Origin: a virus
Length of the DNA: 64,000 nt
Virus record (IMG/VR): IMGVR_UViG_3300030060_002740
Coordinates: 28,414 to 92,413 of that record
Reading direction: 5' to 3' (one strand)
The notes below the pieces were generated by a model, which saw only the letters and a list, made by a program, of their open reading frames with translations, was not told the DNA's origin and ran no database searches. A program made the translations under genes and the position numbers. Every line of letters begins with the position of its first letter. Positions within the stretch are counted from its first letter, which is position 1. This document shows positions 36,777 through 47,319 of this stretch, one piece after another.

Positions 36777-38171
36777 ATGTCAGGATACATTAAAACATTG
36801 AAAGACCTAGAAGCAGCAACATACGGATACGGTGGAAACACTGGTAATGCTCTACTCAAAGCGGGTGGAGTTGTTGGAGGATTCGGAACTCCTCACGATA
36901 CAGCAAGTAACCCATTTACTGCTGCCGCAGGTCTTGGCGACCTTTACAACGTTCTGTATGGACAGAAAGTTTGGTCTATGCTAAACCAAGAAGTTAACCC
37001 TCTTGCTATGTTGGCTAAGAGGCCATACACATCTTCAGGTTGGAGAGTTCTAAAGAGCCGACCTATCGGTGGTAGTGGTTCTTCCTTCGCAACAGGTTCT
37101 AACGCTGTAACTGCAAACATTTCGTCTGCAAACGCAGCAACACCAAGAGCAGATACAATTGGTGGAGTTGGAGAAAATGCAGTTCTTGGAACTGACTTTG
37201 TTGCACTTGCACCTGAGTACACCAAACTGTATGTCAGCCCTAAGACTATTGCACACCTGTTTGAGTTCTCAGAACTCGGTATGGAACTTGCTGCAATTGA
37301 TGATGGTGTCGGTGACATCAGGGCAATTGTTCGTGAGGACATGGGTAAACTACACGCAGAAGTTCAGAGCAAGATGCTAGTTATGCCTCTTGAGAAATAC
37401 TCAGAGAACGGAACAACTGGAATTGAGAAGAACTATACTTCTCTACTAAAGATTGTTTCATCTGCTGCGGAATTGGCTCAAATGGCTGATGACGATGTAT
37501 TCTACCACAACCAGACAAACAACGGAACTGCTGCACAACTTGCTGATGCAACCAGTATCTTTGGAACTGAGAGAACTGTAACTGTCAATACATCCGGTGG
37601 TAGTGGAAACTACACATACACTGGTGTTGCATCTTTCCTTGATGCAGAGGTTGACTTCGGAGCAAACTACACATCAGGCGGTTGCCGTGTACTAACTCTA
37701 AGTCTACTAAATGACATGATTCGCAGAATCAGACAGAATGGTGGAAACCCGAAAGTTATCATTACCGGATACGATACCATCCAAAAGATTGCTGACTTGC
37801 TACAAAGCCAAGAGCGATTCATGGACAGGAAAGAGGTTGTTCCAACCCACAACGGAGTTCGTGGTGTAAAGGGACAGGAAGTTGGATTCAGAGTTGCAAC
37901 ATACTATGACATCCCAATTATCCCTGCAAAGGATATGCCTTCTACTGGTAAGTCAACAAGCAACAGGCTTAGTGACATACTGGTTCTTGACACTGACCAC
38001 CTGTGGCTATCTGTGATGAAGCCTACTCAATACTTTGAGGATGGTATCACTAGTGGAAACCCATTCGGTGTTGGCAAACTTGGGAACCAAGGAATGTACC
38101 GCACTATGGGTGAGACTTGCTGTTCCTTCTTCAAGGGACAAGGTAAGATTACCAACCTAAAGAGTGCTTGA
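36777..38171 (+). CDS. major capsid protein (HK97 fold)
   Basis: Follows the protease/scaffold; 464 aa; haloarchaeal/magrovirus-type features by recall (YGQKVWSMLN, GGNPKVIITG, YYDIPII). Confidence 0.85.
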   Translation: MSGYIKTLKDLEAATYGYGGNTGNALLKAGGVVGGFGTPHDTASNPFTAAAGLGDLYNVLYGQKVWSMLNQEVNPLAMLAKRPYTSSGWRVLKSRPIGGSGSSFATGSNAVTANISSANAATPRADTIGGVGENAVLGTDFVALAPEYTKLYVSPKTIAHLFEFSELGMELAAIDDGVGDIRAIVREDMGKLHAEVQSKMLVMPLEKYSENGTTGIEKNYTSLLKIVSSAAELAQMADDDVFYHNQTNNGTAAQLADATSIFGTERTVTVNTSGGSGNYTYTGVASFLDAEVDFGANYTSGGCRVLTLSLLNDMIRRIRQNGGNPKVIITGYDTIQKIADLLQSQERFMDRKEVVPTHNGVRGVKGQEVGFRVATYYDIPIIPAKDMPSTGKSTSNRLSDILVLDTDHLWLSVMKPTQYFEDGITSGNPFGVGKLGNQGMYRTMGETCCSFFKGQGKITNLKSA

Positions 38172-38214
38172 TTTCAACACTGAATAAGTAAGTAAATCTG
38201 AAAAACGTAAAGTA

Positions 38215-38250
38215 GTAGCCTCTGCCCCGACAGTATGGGGCAGGGGTTAC
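38215..38250 (+). terminator. GC-rich hairpin after MCP
   Basis: CTGCCCC-gacagtat-GGGGCAG with extended flanks. Confidence 0.55.
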
Positions 38251-38277
38251 TGCCGAAACAAAAAAAGAGGTAATAAT

Positions 38278-38712
38278 ATGGCTTATATTAGATTGAAAGA
38301 ACACAGAACAAGAGGCGATATAGAGATACAAGGCGCAGGTGAAACGGTATATTCTGTCAACGAAATACCTGTTGAGATACCTGCAAGAATTGCTGCACTT
38401 TACTTGGGTGACGAGCAAATGATTGTAGAGTTTATTGATAGCGATAAGAAAGATATCAAGAGTATGCCTGAAAATAGATTGGTTTCTATTAGAAACCATT
38501 TGGGTTTAGATGAGGGTGCAGATGTTTTGAACGTCCTATATCCTAAGAAAGCAAGAACTACTGTTAAGAAGAAAGTTGAGGAGGTTGTTGAAACTGTTAC
38601 TGAAACCGTTGTTGAAACAGTTATACCAGAAAAGAAAACACCTGCTCCTAAGAAAGCAACAACCAAAAAAGAACCTGCTAAGAAAACAACCACTAAGAAG
38701 GAAGTGGAATGA
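38278..38712 (+). CDS. hypothetical head-associated protein with K/T/P-rich tail
   Basis: 144 aa, directly after MCP. Confidence 0.65.
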   Translation: MAYIRLKEHRTRGDIEIQGAGETVYSVNEIPVEIPARIAALYLGDEQMIVEFIDSDKKDIKSMPENRLVSIRNHLGLDEGADVLNVLYPKKARTTVKKKVEEVVETVTETVVETVIPEKKTPAPKKATTKKEPAKKTTTKKEVE

Positions 38713-38993
38713 TGGTAGGAGGAGTAGCGGGTAGTCCAGTTAGAACCGCTAGTGCAGTGTTAAATGTAGGTAACTGTAAATTGAACAGTGTTCATTTTAC
38801 TTCTACTGGAACTGCAACTCTAAAAATATACGACCACAATAGCACAACTGTTGGTTCTGCTGATGAGGTCGCACGTCTAATTTTAACCGCTAATACAACA
38901 ACTGAGTTCGATTTGCATGGGAGAGCAATGGGAACAGGTATTACGGCAATATTAAGTGGTACAGGGGGAGCGTACTCTTGCACATGGAGTTGA
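38709..38993 (+). CDS. putative small beta-rich virion (decoration) protein
   Basis: ATLKIYD...GITAILSG; G/T/A-rich. Confidence 0.55.
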   Translation: MMVGGVAGSPVRTASAVLNVGNCKLNSVHFTSTGTATLKIYDHNSTTVGSADEVARLILTANTTTEFDLHGRAMGTGITAILSGTGGAYSCTWS

Positions 38994-38997
38994 TTGC

Positions 38998-39408
38998 TTG
39001 CCGGTTATAGACACAGATACACGCTTAATAATGACTATGCTCTTTGTTGGAGCAGTAAGTGGATTGAACATTTACGTATACGCCTTAGTGGGAGTTTCCT
39101 TCCCATATGGCGGAGTGGCCCATGCAGTGTTATTCGGAGTTAGCACTGTCGGTGGGATAATGATATTGAAAGTAGTATTAGATTTAATTGCCAATGACTT
39201 CATAGAGGAGTTCTTACTAAAGAGAAGAATAGATTCTTATTGGAATAGAAAGGCAAACGATGAAGAAAACAGAAAGAGGGTCAGAGAGTCCTTACTTCAA
39301 TTCCAACAGGCATATTATCAGAACCAACAGATGCAACAGAATGTTGTGGTTCAGCCAGTGAACGACAATACTCTAAGCCCTACTTTCTTGACACAGTTCC
39401 AAGAGTGA
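38998..39408 (+). CDS. membrane protein (2-3 TM segments)
   Basis: Hydrophobic N-half, Gln-rich soluble tail; TTG start. Confidence 0.65.
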   Translation: MPVIDTDTRLIMTMLFVGAVSGLNIYVYALVGVSFPYGGVAHAVLFGVSTVGGIMILKVVLDLIANDFIEEFLLKRRIDSYWNRKANDEENRKRVRESLLQFQQAYYQNQQMQQNVVVQPVNDNTLSPTFLTQFQE

Positions 39409-39417
39409 GGTTAGTGC

Positions 39418-39645
39418 ATGGTCGGAGAAATCCTAATGGGGTTCGATGAATCCACATTAGCATATGACTTACAAAGAGCGCATTCTGCTGATATTTGGTT
39501 TCTAAGAGCAAGGTTCTACATTTGGGGAGCATTGGCTTCTGTCGGAACTTTTCTAATAGGCCATGCTTTGCCGATGTTCGGTGTTAATCTATACTCTATC
39601 TTTTGGGATGGGTTTGTCTCTCTTTGGAATCACTTATGGGGGTGA
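39418..39645 (+). CDS. small membrane protein
   Basis: FYIWGALASVGTFLIGHAL hydrophobic segment. Confidence 0.65.
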   Translation: MVGEILMGFDESTLAYDLQRAHSADIWFLRARFYIWGALASVGTFLIGHALPMFGVNLYSIFWDGFVSLWNHLWG

Positions 39646-39651
39646 AGCCTA

Positions 39652-40350
39652 ATGTCCGTGATGACGGGCTTTGCCATACTCATAGTTGAGGCTATGAACA
39701 AAATGTATCAACGGCTTCACTCTATACCGTTTGGGGTGTATGGTGCAAGCAAAGTAGGTAAAACAACATTACACCACCAATTGAGAACAAGAGGGGAAGT
39801 CCCTGCTATTACTGATAGAACAGTTGGTTTGCATCGAGCCACAAGAAAGTATGTCAAACTTGACGGTGATGCTCACACAATAAAATCAGCAGATGTTGGA
39901 GGAGAAACGGTTTATTGGAACGAATGGTTAGAAGACATGCGTGGTCGTCATGTAAAATACATTATTTTTATGATAGATGATAGACATATGGATAAGCACT
40001 ATGATATAGAACAACAACTATGTTGGACATTTTTAGTTGATACTATTTGTTCATCCTATTGGAATGTGAACGGAGTTAGCACTATTGGTGGATTGATGGG
40101 GAAGAAAAGAAAAAAGAAACCTCATGATTACCCAATAGCAGTATCTATTTGGGCCAACAAATATGACTTGTGGAAAGACAAATATGATTACAATGGAGAT
40201 ATGGATAAACACCCTATATTTGAATCATTTAAACCGGGTATGCAAAAGTTGAATGATAAGGGAATACCATGCCATAAGTATATTGTAAGTGCTAAATCTG
40301 ATTCGGAGATGGTATATAGGGGAATCCTAACAATCATAAAGGACTACTGA
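39652..40350 (+). CDS. Ras-superfamily (Arf/Rab-like) small GTPase
   Basis: G1 GASKVGKT, G2 RTVG, G3 DVGG, G4 NKYD, G5 SAK; hydrophobic N-terminal helix. Confidence 0.85.
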   Translation: MSVMTGFAILIVEAMNKMYQRLHSIPFGVYGASKVGKTTLHHQLRTRGEVPAITDRTVGLHRATRKYVKLDGDAHTIKSADVGGETVYWNEWLEDMRGRHVKYIIFMIDDRHMDKHYDIEQQLCWTFLVDTICSSYWNVNGVSTIGGLMGKKRKKKPHDYPIAVSIWANKYDLWKDKYDYNGDMDKHPIFESFKPGMQKLNDKGIPCHKYIVSAKSDSEMVYRGILTIIKDY

Positions 40351-40362
40351 GGGAGGGATACC

Positions 40363-41037
40363 ATGTCTATGCAATTTCAGCCACCTAGTTTAATTGGCGC
40401 ACAGTCAGCAAATACAGGAATGAACCCATTCCTTGACAGACTCTCTGCTGCAAGAGCGGCAGGTTCAGTCATGCTTTATGAGTACAAAAGTGTTAAGCCA
40501 AAAAAACAATTGAAAGAAATAACTAAGGTTTTGATGCCCGAAAAGAAAAAATTGTTAGGAATAAAATACGGGTTCAAATACAACATAAAAGATAGATGTG
40601 TAGTATGTGGAACACAGAAGAATTGGGAAGCAGGGGACACAATGAGGCCACCCCTTCCTTTACATAAAGTGCGTAAAGGATACCCGATGAGAGGAACATA
40701 TTGTGAGAAACACGCTCAGATACATAGGCAGTATGAAATGTTAGAGCAACAAATGTTAGCAGAGGAACATGGTCTTTCTTTTAGTGCTTATATTCCATCG
40801 GCAAGAAGTTTGAATCCTCTAGCAAGTGGCCCTATGACTAGTCTAAAACAGGGAGATATTACTTCTTTAACATCATTAGGTTGGACTATCAAACCTCCTA
40901 TTGCTTTAGTAGAAACTAAAGAAGAAGAATTGTTCAGATTAATCATAGAAACTAATGGAATCAATAGTAGGATGAAAACTCTATTAGCCGAAGGCACTAG
41001 GGTATCATCAACACAAGACGAGGAGGATGTAGAGTAA
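40363..41037 (+). CDS. Zn-finger protein
   Basis: CVVCG...YCEKH. Confidence 0.65.
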   Translation: MSMQFQPPSLIGAQSANTGMNPFLDRLSAARAAGSVMLYEYKSVKPKKQLKEITKVLMPEKKKLLGIKYGFKYNIKDRCVVCGTQKNWEAGDTMRPPLPLHKVRKGYPMRGTYCEKHAQIHRQYEMLEQQMLAEEHGLSFSAYIPSARSLNPLASGPMTSLKQGDITSLTSLGWTIKPPIALVETKEEELFRLIIETNGINSRMKTLLAEGTRVSSTQDEEDVE

Positions 41038-41735
41038 TGGGATTATTTGGAACAAGTAACAGTTCGTTGTCTACTCAAATACAAGGACAACAACAAACTA
41101 ACTTCAAAGCCATGAATAATCTATTGACACTACAAGAAAATCACGTAGAGGATTTCTTTCAGTATCATGGAGAAGCATTTTTGGGTGCTTTGGAGAAGTT
41201 AATTGAGGATGTGGTAACACGTTCAGTAAGTCAAATGTTAACTAAGTTAGAGTTTAATCAGAGTTCAAGTGGTAATCTAACAATCGCTCCTGAAGCACTT
41301 ACTGAGTTTACGTCAATAACCCAAGAAAATATTGATTTGGATTTGGCTAATCTTTTGGCTACCGCAATAAATAGTGAAGTTGTTATGCAAAGGAGAATGG
41401 CTAAACAACAGTATCTTGAAGCACAAGGGTTCTCCTCTCCTTCTCAACCACAACCTACAACAACTCCAATGGGTATGAATCCAAATGGATTAGACCCATC
41501 ACAGATACAAGGTGCTAATATGGCAGTTGGAATGAATAACACCATGATGCAACAACAAATGGCTTTCAATAACCAATCAGGATATCCTGTTCCTCCTTCT
41601 GGATATGACAGTATGAACAATCCATATTGGATTGACCCCGCAACAGGCCAACCAACATACAGTCCACCGCAGAGTGGATTAGGTATAGCATCAGGACTCG
41701 GAAAAGCAGTTGCATGGGCTAAGTGGTTAGCATAG
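41037..41735 (+). CDS. Q/P/N-rich protein with C-terminal amphipathic helix
   Basis: Low-complexity region; ends GLGKAVAWAKWLA. Confidence 0.65.
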   Translation: MGLFGTSNSSLSTQIQGQQQTNFKAMNNLLTLQENHVEDFFQYHGEAFLGALEKLIEDVVTRSVSQMLTKLEFNQSSSGNLTIAPEALTEFTSITQENIDLDLANLLATAINSEVVMQRRMAKQQYLEAQGFSSPSQPQPTTTPMGMNPNGLDPSQIQGANMAVGMNNTMMQQQMAFNNQSGYPVPPSGYDSMNNPYWIDPATGQPTYSPPQSGLGIASGLGKAVAWAKWLA

Positions 41736-41750
41736 GATGGGGTCTGATGG

Positions 41751-43874
41751 ATGGCGGAGATAAAAGTAACAAGTAGGGTTGTTGACGGGTTAAAAGTAGG
41801 ATTTATTCTCAAACCCGAAAAGAAAAAACAATCTGTTGATGACTTGTTTAGTGATGATGAGTTATTCAGAACTCTTACTGCTTTTATCTTCAATGGTATT
41901 TCTAACACATCACCCATGAAAGGAGTTCGTAGATTAACTAGAAAATTAATCTCACTAGATGATTCTGATTATAGAGGTACAGACTTAGAGTTCAATGAAA
42001 TAGAGTATGAAAAATATCTTGATAACTACTTTACTAAAATAGAGAAAGCACAATTAGATGAATTAGTTGATATGCTTGAGAATATGAATTTCGTTACTAA
42101 CTCAGGTAAAAATCGTGCTTTTTCACAAGGACTTCGTAAAGAGATGGCAAAAGAAAATATTAGACTTTTAGATTTGAGGAACGACTTGAAAGTTAGTAAA
42201 TTACTAGGTAAGAGATACGGTAAAGGATTAGATGAAACTGATGTTGATGATAGTGTAAAAGGTAAGAAGGCTGCTGAGAAAAGAAGAGAGGAAAAATATG
42301 AGCAAAGAAGCAGTAGATTGTTAGGGGCTTTTGATAGAAGTGAACCCGCACTCTATCCATCAATATTAATGAAGCACATTACTATTTCAGGTGGAGTAAT
42401 AACTATTGATACAGAAGAATATTTCAAAGAGATTTTCAAGAAAGAAGGGTATGGAACAATAGGAACAGGCTCATTTCAATTTAATGTAGGCGGAGCATCA
42501 AAATCAACATTTGAAGGTAAGGATGAAGAATCTAAGAAGGAAAAGGATAAGAGATTAGATAGAGAAGGAGAGGAACAAGCATTAGAAGACTTTGGTTCAG
42601 ATATGGAAACTGATGAAGGCATAACTCAAGAAGAAGTAAAAATGCTGACTAAAGCAAATCCTGATGCTATCATTTCTGAAAACTATGGACAACCAGTTGA
42701 CCAATTAGTATCTCTTGTGATTTTAGATGGTGGTAAATATGAATTGTTTGTGTTTGGAGAAAGACAGTCTTTCAGTTCTAATAGTAGAGATGAGAATATG
42801 GAAGATGTTTGGAATGCTATTCAAGACGTAAAGATGCCTGATAAGAAGTCATTACTTGATATTCTTCGCTCACAGAGAAAATCAGTATTGAAAGACACTA
42901 TCCTTTCTTTCATTACTCCAAGAGAAAATAAGATATCCATAGGAACTGCTACTATGACGTTAAAGAGAAAAGAATGGAAAGATGAAGAAGATTTTATTCT
43001 TTGGTTGACCAAAGGAGCAGGTAGTGAGCAAGATAAGAAAGTCGTCACAAAGGCGAGAAAACTTTCTGAACATCTTATGAAGATTGATAATCAGATAGAT
43101 GCTATTGAAAGTAGTTGGAATGAGTATAATACCAATGTTTCTTTTGATAGATTTTTCTCATACTTAATGTCTAAACAAAGAAAGGAAATGGTAGGTTGGC
43201 TTCAAGATTTAATCACAAGCATAAAGGATGACAAGTATAATGTTGATAATCCAATACAACAAGAAACAAAACCTGTCGTAGATGCAGAAGGAAACCCTGT
43301 TTTAGATGAAAGAGGATTTGCAGAGCGAGAGGTTGTAAGAGAGGGGAGGATACAGGTTGAGCAACAGGGTAAGAAAGTTAAATACGAACCAGTATATGAT
43401 AACCATGAAAAACTCATGGGGTTATTATCCACATTAAGAAAACAATTGCGTAATAGTAAGATAACAGAGGGACTTAACGTTGGTCAGTTCTTTTTACAAG
43501 AAGGAAAGAGAGAGGACTTAATCTTGGAAGAACTACAAAAAGATGTATTAGACGCTCTAAAAGGACAAGGAGACTTTCAGACTTACAAGGATGAGGAAAC
43601 AGGAGAGTCTACTGAATTTAGAATGACTACAAACAAATACGTTCCAATAATCAAATACACATCAAATGCTCCTAAGAAAATGGTGATTGATACTAAGTTA
43701 GACGGAATATCAAGTAGAGAGTTCAAGCGCGGAAGATTCAGTGAATCAAGAGTCAGAGCAACTGATAAACAGAAGGAAGAAAGAGCAGGTAAAGGGGATA
43801 AGAATGACCCTGAAGAATTACAACTTGTTTATAATGAATATATGGCTTTGAAGGAATTAATAGGAAGTGTATGA
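41751..43874 (+). CDS. large charged hypothetical protein
   Basis: 707 aa. Confidence 0.7.
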   Translation: MAEIKVTSRVVDGLKVGFILKPEKKKQSVDDLFSDDELFRTLTAFIFNGISNTSPMKGVRRLTRKLISLDDSDYRGTDLEFNEIEYEKYLDNYFTKIEKAQLDELVDMLENMNFVTNSGKNRAFSQGLRKEMAKENIRLLDLRNDLKVSKLLGKRYGKGLDETDVDDSVKGKKAAEKRREEKYEQRSSRLLGAFDRSEPALYPSILMKHITISGGVITIDTEEYFKEIFKKEGYGTIGTGSFQFNVGGASKSTFEGKDEESKKEKDKRLDREGEEQALEDFGSDMETDEGITQEEVKMLTKANPDAIISENYGQPVDQLVSLVILDGGKYELFVFGERQSFSSNSRDENMEDVWNAIQDVKMPDKKSLLDILRSQRKSVLKDTILSFITPRENKISIGTATMTLKRKEWKDEEDFILWLTKGAGSEQDKKVVTKARKLSEHLMKIDNQIDAIESSWNEYNTNVSFDRFFSYLMSKQRKEMVGWLQDLITSIKDDKYNVDNPIQQETKPVVDAEGNPVLDERGFAEREVVREGRIQVEQQGKKVKYEPVYDNHEKLMGLLSTLRKQLRNSKITEGLNVGQFFLQEGKREDLILEELQKDVLDALKGQGDFQTYKDEETGESTEFRMTTNKYVPIIKYTSNAPKKMVIDTKLDGISSREFKRGRFSESRVRATDKQKEERAGKGDKNDPEELQLVYNEYMALKELIGSV

Positions 43875-43875
43875 A

Positions 43876-44949
43876 ATGAGTAAGGTTCGTTCTCCAAGTG
43901 ATTTTACAGATATTAACGTGAACTACGCAATAGGAAATGGACATTATACCACACATACAGATGTTTCTAATCTCTTGCAAATAAGTGCCTTCAGTGATAC
44001 TACTACTCCTACTAGAGCGGAAGTAGGTAAGATAATCAAGAGAGTAGAGGAAAAGATTGATGATAGCATAAAACAATCTTACAGGCCAATAATACATCAT
44101 GAGGAGTTCTATTCTTTTGATGGATGGAATAAGGGTTCATACCCTGTTCAGCCTTATCGTGATTATGTAGGTTTTATTCAACTATCACAACCCAAGATTC
44201 AGAAGTTAGTTCGGCTAGAAGTATGGCAAGGTGATAGGTATATTGACTTGGCATCTGCAACTGCTAGGCTAACCCTACCAACTTCTGTTACTAATAGTGC
44301 ATGGACAATATCTCTCACTGCCGGAACTTACACTTTCAATCTCGTAGAGGGAACTCACTTCTATGATAACTTTGGTTCAAGCACAACCGCAAGTCAACTG
44401 TCTGATGCAATCAATGAGAGATTCCCCGCAAAGACTGCTAGGTTTACGGGAGAAACTGCTCGTAAGACTTTGAAGGACACCACTAATACGGTGAGCATAT
44501 CTGATTTCTTCTATGCAACAGTTGATTCTGAGAATGGAGATACCGTTGTAATATCCTCATTACTATTGGGTAATGATGGTTCAAGTTGTAATATAACATC
44601 CACATTCGGGACTATTGAATCATTTACTGGTAATCAGGACTCAGGAAGAACAAGAGACTTTTGGCAGATGAAAAAAGAGGGTAAGATATTCTTCTATCAA
44701 GAGTACCCTCATGTTACTAATCATTCAATCAGAGTTGCATATGTTGCGGGTGATGGTAGAGTACCTGCACCAATACATGAGGCAGCGACTAAGTTTGTGG
44801 CGGCAGAAGTAATACGACATGATGATAACTCAATCATGATTGCTGAAACAGAATCAAATATAGATTTGAAAACTAAGCATGATATTCTTCTTGAGGAAGC
44901 AAATAAGATAATTGACGGCAAGAAAAACATAATCCATTTCATAACGTGA
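43876..44949 (+). CDS. putative head-tail adaptor with an inserted beta domain
   Basis: YTTHTDV...EEKID N-terminus and IRVAYVAG..VPAPIHEAATKFVA C-terminus, typical of gp6/gp15-like adaptors. Confidence 0.6.
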   Translation: MSKVRSPSDFTDINVNYAIGNGHYTTHTDVSNLLQISAFSDTTTPTRAEVGKIIKRVEEKIDDSIKQSYRPIIHHEEFYSFDGWNKGSYPVQPYRDYVGFIQLSQPKIQKLVRLEVWQGDRYIDLASATARLTLPTSVTNSAWTISLTAGTYTFNLVEGTHFYDNFGSSTTASQLSDAINERFPAKTARFTGETARKTLKDTTNTVSISDFFYATVDSENGDTVVISSLLLGNDGSSCNITSTFGTIESFTGNQDSGRTRDFWQMKKEGKIFFYQEYPHVTNHSIRVAYVAGDGRVPAPIHEAATKFVAAEVIRHDDNSIMIAETESNIDLKTKHDILLEEANKIIDGKKNIIHFIT

Positions 44950-44953
44950 TACT

Positions 44954-45142
44954 ATGGCGAACCTAATTTCTACCTTTAATGAGATTCTAAAAAGGGAACA
45001 GGAAAGGAATGAGATACTAAACGAAGTAGGTTTAGCAGGGTTTTCTCTAAGCGATGATGAAGTATTCAAACACGCAGTAGAAGCCTTTGTGGACAAAGTA
45101 AGAGAGCAAGCAGTGGAGGCGGCGTATGGCAGAACTCCTTGA
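44954..45142 (+). CDS. hypothetical protein
   Basis: 62 aa in the neck module. Confidence 0.55.
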   Translation: MANLISTFNEILKREQERNEILNEVGLAGFSLSDDEVFKHAVEAFVDKVREQAVEAAYGRTP

Positions 45143-45659
45143 TGAAGTTACATTCGTGAAAAGACTTCTTTCTGATAATTGGAGTGCCTCTGCTTTATCA
45201 CTATACAACAGTGGCAAGATAGCAACTAACCTCCCTGTTCCTAAAATCATAGATGTTCGCTCGATTGAGCCACAAGAAGGGAGAAGGGTAGATGTAGACT
45301 CAAACAATGTGATTGTCATCTTTGAAGATAGTTCCTCCACCACATATCCTACTATTGATTATGCTGTTAGAAACGAGACATTTACCTTTACGGTACACAT
45401 ACGAGTATTGCATAGAAGGGACTTTCCCGACAATACAACTTCAAGAGATAGGCTCAGAATACTATATCGAATCGTGCGACACATTCTTGAGACAAACTCT
45501 CTTAGCCCGACCATAACGACTACAACGGGAGGCTCAACTTACACTGATAGTGCAGAGGTAATCAAACTAACAAGTAGAAGTGAAGCCAATGATAGAAAGA
45601 AAAGGTTATTGGGCTACAAACTAAGCGTAGAGATGAAGAGAATGGGGAGAAGCATATGA
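45126..45659 (+). CDS. putative tail terminator/completion protein
   Basis: Position before the tail tube and size (177 aa). Confidence 0.5.
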   Translation: MAELLDEVTFVKRLLSDNWSASALSLYNSGKIATNLPVPKIIDVRSIEPQEGRRVDVDSNNVIVIFEDSSSTTYPTIDYAVRNETFTFTVHIRVLHRRDFPDNTTSRDRLRILYRIVRHILETNSLSPTITTTTGGSTYTDSAEVIKLTSRSEANDRKKRLLGYKLSVEMKRMGRSI

Positions 45660-47227
45660 CGACAACCGCAATATTGACTGATGAGGTGTTTACCGGAGCA
45701 GGTTCATCTGCTACGATGATACCTGAATGCGACATACACTTGCCCTCTTGCGACCTTTCCTCTGTTTTCTCAGTTGTTGATATTGAGAGTGCATCTACCG
45801 AATCAGTAGCGATGCACTTAGTTCCCAATCTATATGTTGGTTGTATGGCTAAAGTGGTTAATGCAACAAGTGCCTCTTTTAACGGAACATACATGATAAA
45901 GAGCAACACGATAAACTCAATCACATTTGGAGAGGATGTTGGAGATGCTGCCAATGACGATATTACAATTACAATACAGGCATTTGGTGCGCCATCACCT
46001 GCACCCAATGTGATATCAGGAAAGCCTACGTTGTTGGCTGATAACTGGTTAGGCTTAGTCAATACAATTACTCCTCCATCAGTTGAGGTTGAAGTGGGAC
46101 AACTAAATCTCGCATTGGGAGGAAGCAGAAACTTCGGATACCAATTCAAGAAGGGAGAAACCGTCAGTGGTGGTTCTCTTGATATCTCAATGAATAATGG
46201 TTCATGGCTTTACTATGTCTTAGGAGATTACACTGTATCTAATGGTTCAGGTGGAGGTGGAACTTTACACTCATTAGGTGGAAGTGGAAGCCTATCAGGA
46301 AATGGAGTAGCATTAGATACTACTGCTGACAGACTGGTTAGAGTTATTGGTGGTAAAGAGTATCCACCATCATCAAGCATAGGAAACTTACAAATGGTCA
46401 CAGAGAATACTGGTGGGTACTTTGTCTACAACTTCACTGAAAATAATGGAGATTCATTGCCTTCATTCGCATTGGAACTGGCTTATGAGAAAACAGGATT
46501 AGCAGATGCAAATTACTACGTTGGTTCGGAGGGAACATCAACTGATGCTACTACAAAGCCAATCAAGGATATCTATGCAAAGGTATTCACTGGATGTCAA
46601 GTAAACAGTATGACCATGAACTTTGAAGAAGGTCAAGAGTTGAAGACAAGTTTAGACTTGGTTACAAGAAGGGCATTTGATGCACCAATAGATTACACTC
46701 CAAGAAGAAGAGTTCGCACAAACACTTCTCTATTCAACTACCATTCTGATGATACTAACAACAGACCATACCTTTTCTCAGGTGGTCTGATACAGTTGTA
46801 TGGTCAGACTATTGCAAGAGTAAAGTCAGGAAGTTTGACTATTGCTAATAACATAGCCCCTCAGAGATTCATAGGACAGTCCTCAAGGCAAGTCATGTCT
46901 GCCCATATTCCGGCACAAAGAACATATGATATCTCTCTAACACTATTAATTACAGACTCAACAGTTTGGGATGAACTCAGAAAGGAAGGAGAGTCATTAG
47001 GAACAGGTCAAAGGCTCACCCTAAAGTTTGCAAAAGATTTGGACAATGCCACTGTTGATGATTTCATTGAGTTGAAGTTCAATGACTATCTAACCCAAAG
47101 CGTAAACATACCGTTCCCCGAAGACAAAGGGCCAGTAGAGGTAGAAGTTACCTTATCGGCAAGGACTTTGGAAAGTGCAACATATCAAGGAGATTGGAAG
47201 ATACTACAATCTGCGTCAGGAGTATAG
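45656..47227 (+). CDS. major tail tube protein
   Basis: SLPSFALE, FTGCQVNSMTMNFEEGQEL, SGSLTIANN; followed by chaperone and tape measure. Confidence 0.75.
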   Translation: MTTTAILTDEVFTGAGSSATMIPECDIHLPSCDLSSVFSVVDIESASTESVAMHLVPNLYVGCMAKVVNATSASFNGTYMIKSNTINSITFGEDVGDAANDDITITIQAFGAPSPAPNVISGKPTLLADNWLGLVNTITPPSVEVEVGQLNLALGGSRNFGYQFKKGETVSGGSLDISMNNGSWLYYVLGDYTVSNGSGGGGTLHSLGGSGSLSGNGVALDTTADRLVRVIGGKEYPPSSSIGNLQMVTENTGGYFVYNFTENNGDSLPSFALELAYEKTGLADANYYVGSEGTSTDATTKPIKDIYAKVFTGCQVNSMTMNFEEGQELKTSLDLVTRRAFDAPIDYTPRRRVRTNTSLFNYHSDDTNNRPYLFSGGLIQLYGQTIARVKSGSLTIANNIAPQRFIGQSSRQVMSAHIPAQRTYDISLTLLITDSTVWDELRKEGESLGTGQRLTLKFAKDLDNATVDDFIELKFNDYLTQSVNIPFPEDKGPVEVEVTLSARTLESATYQGDWKILQSASGV

Positions 47228-47319
47228 GGGGATTTCTAAAGTAAATAGAATCCCTATACAGTTCATACATTCCACCAACATTGTTTGTTTGTTGGTTTTT
47301 AGTTAGGTGGAAAGACATT

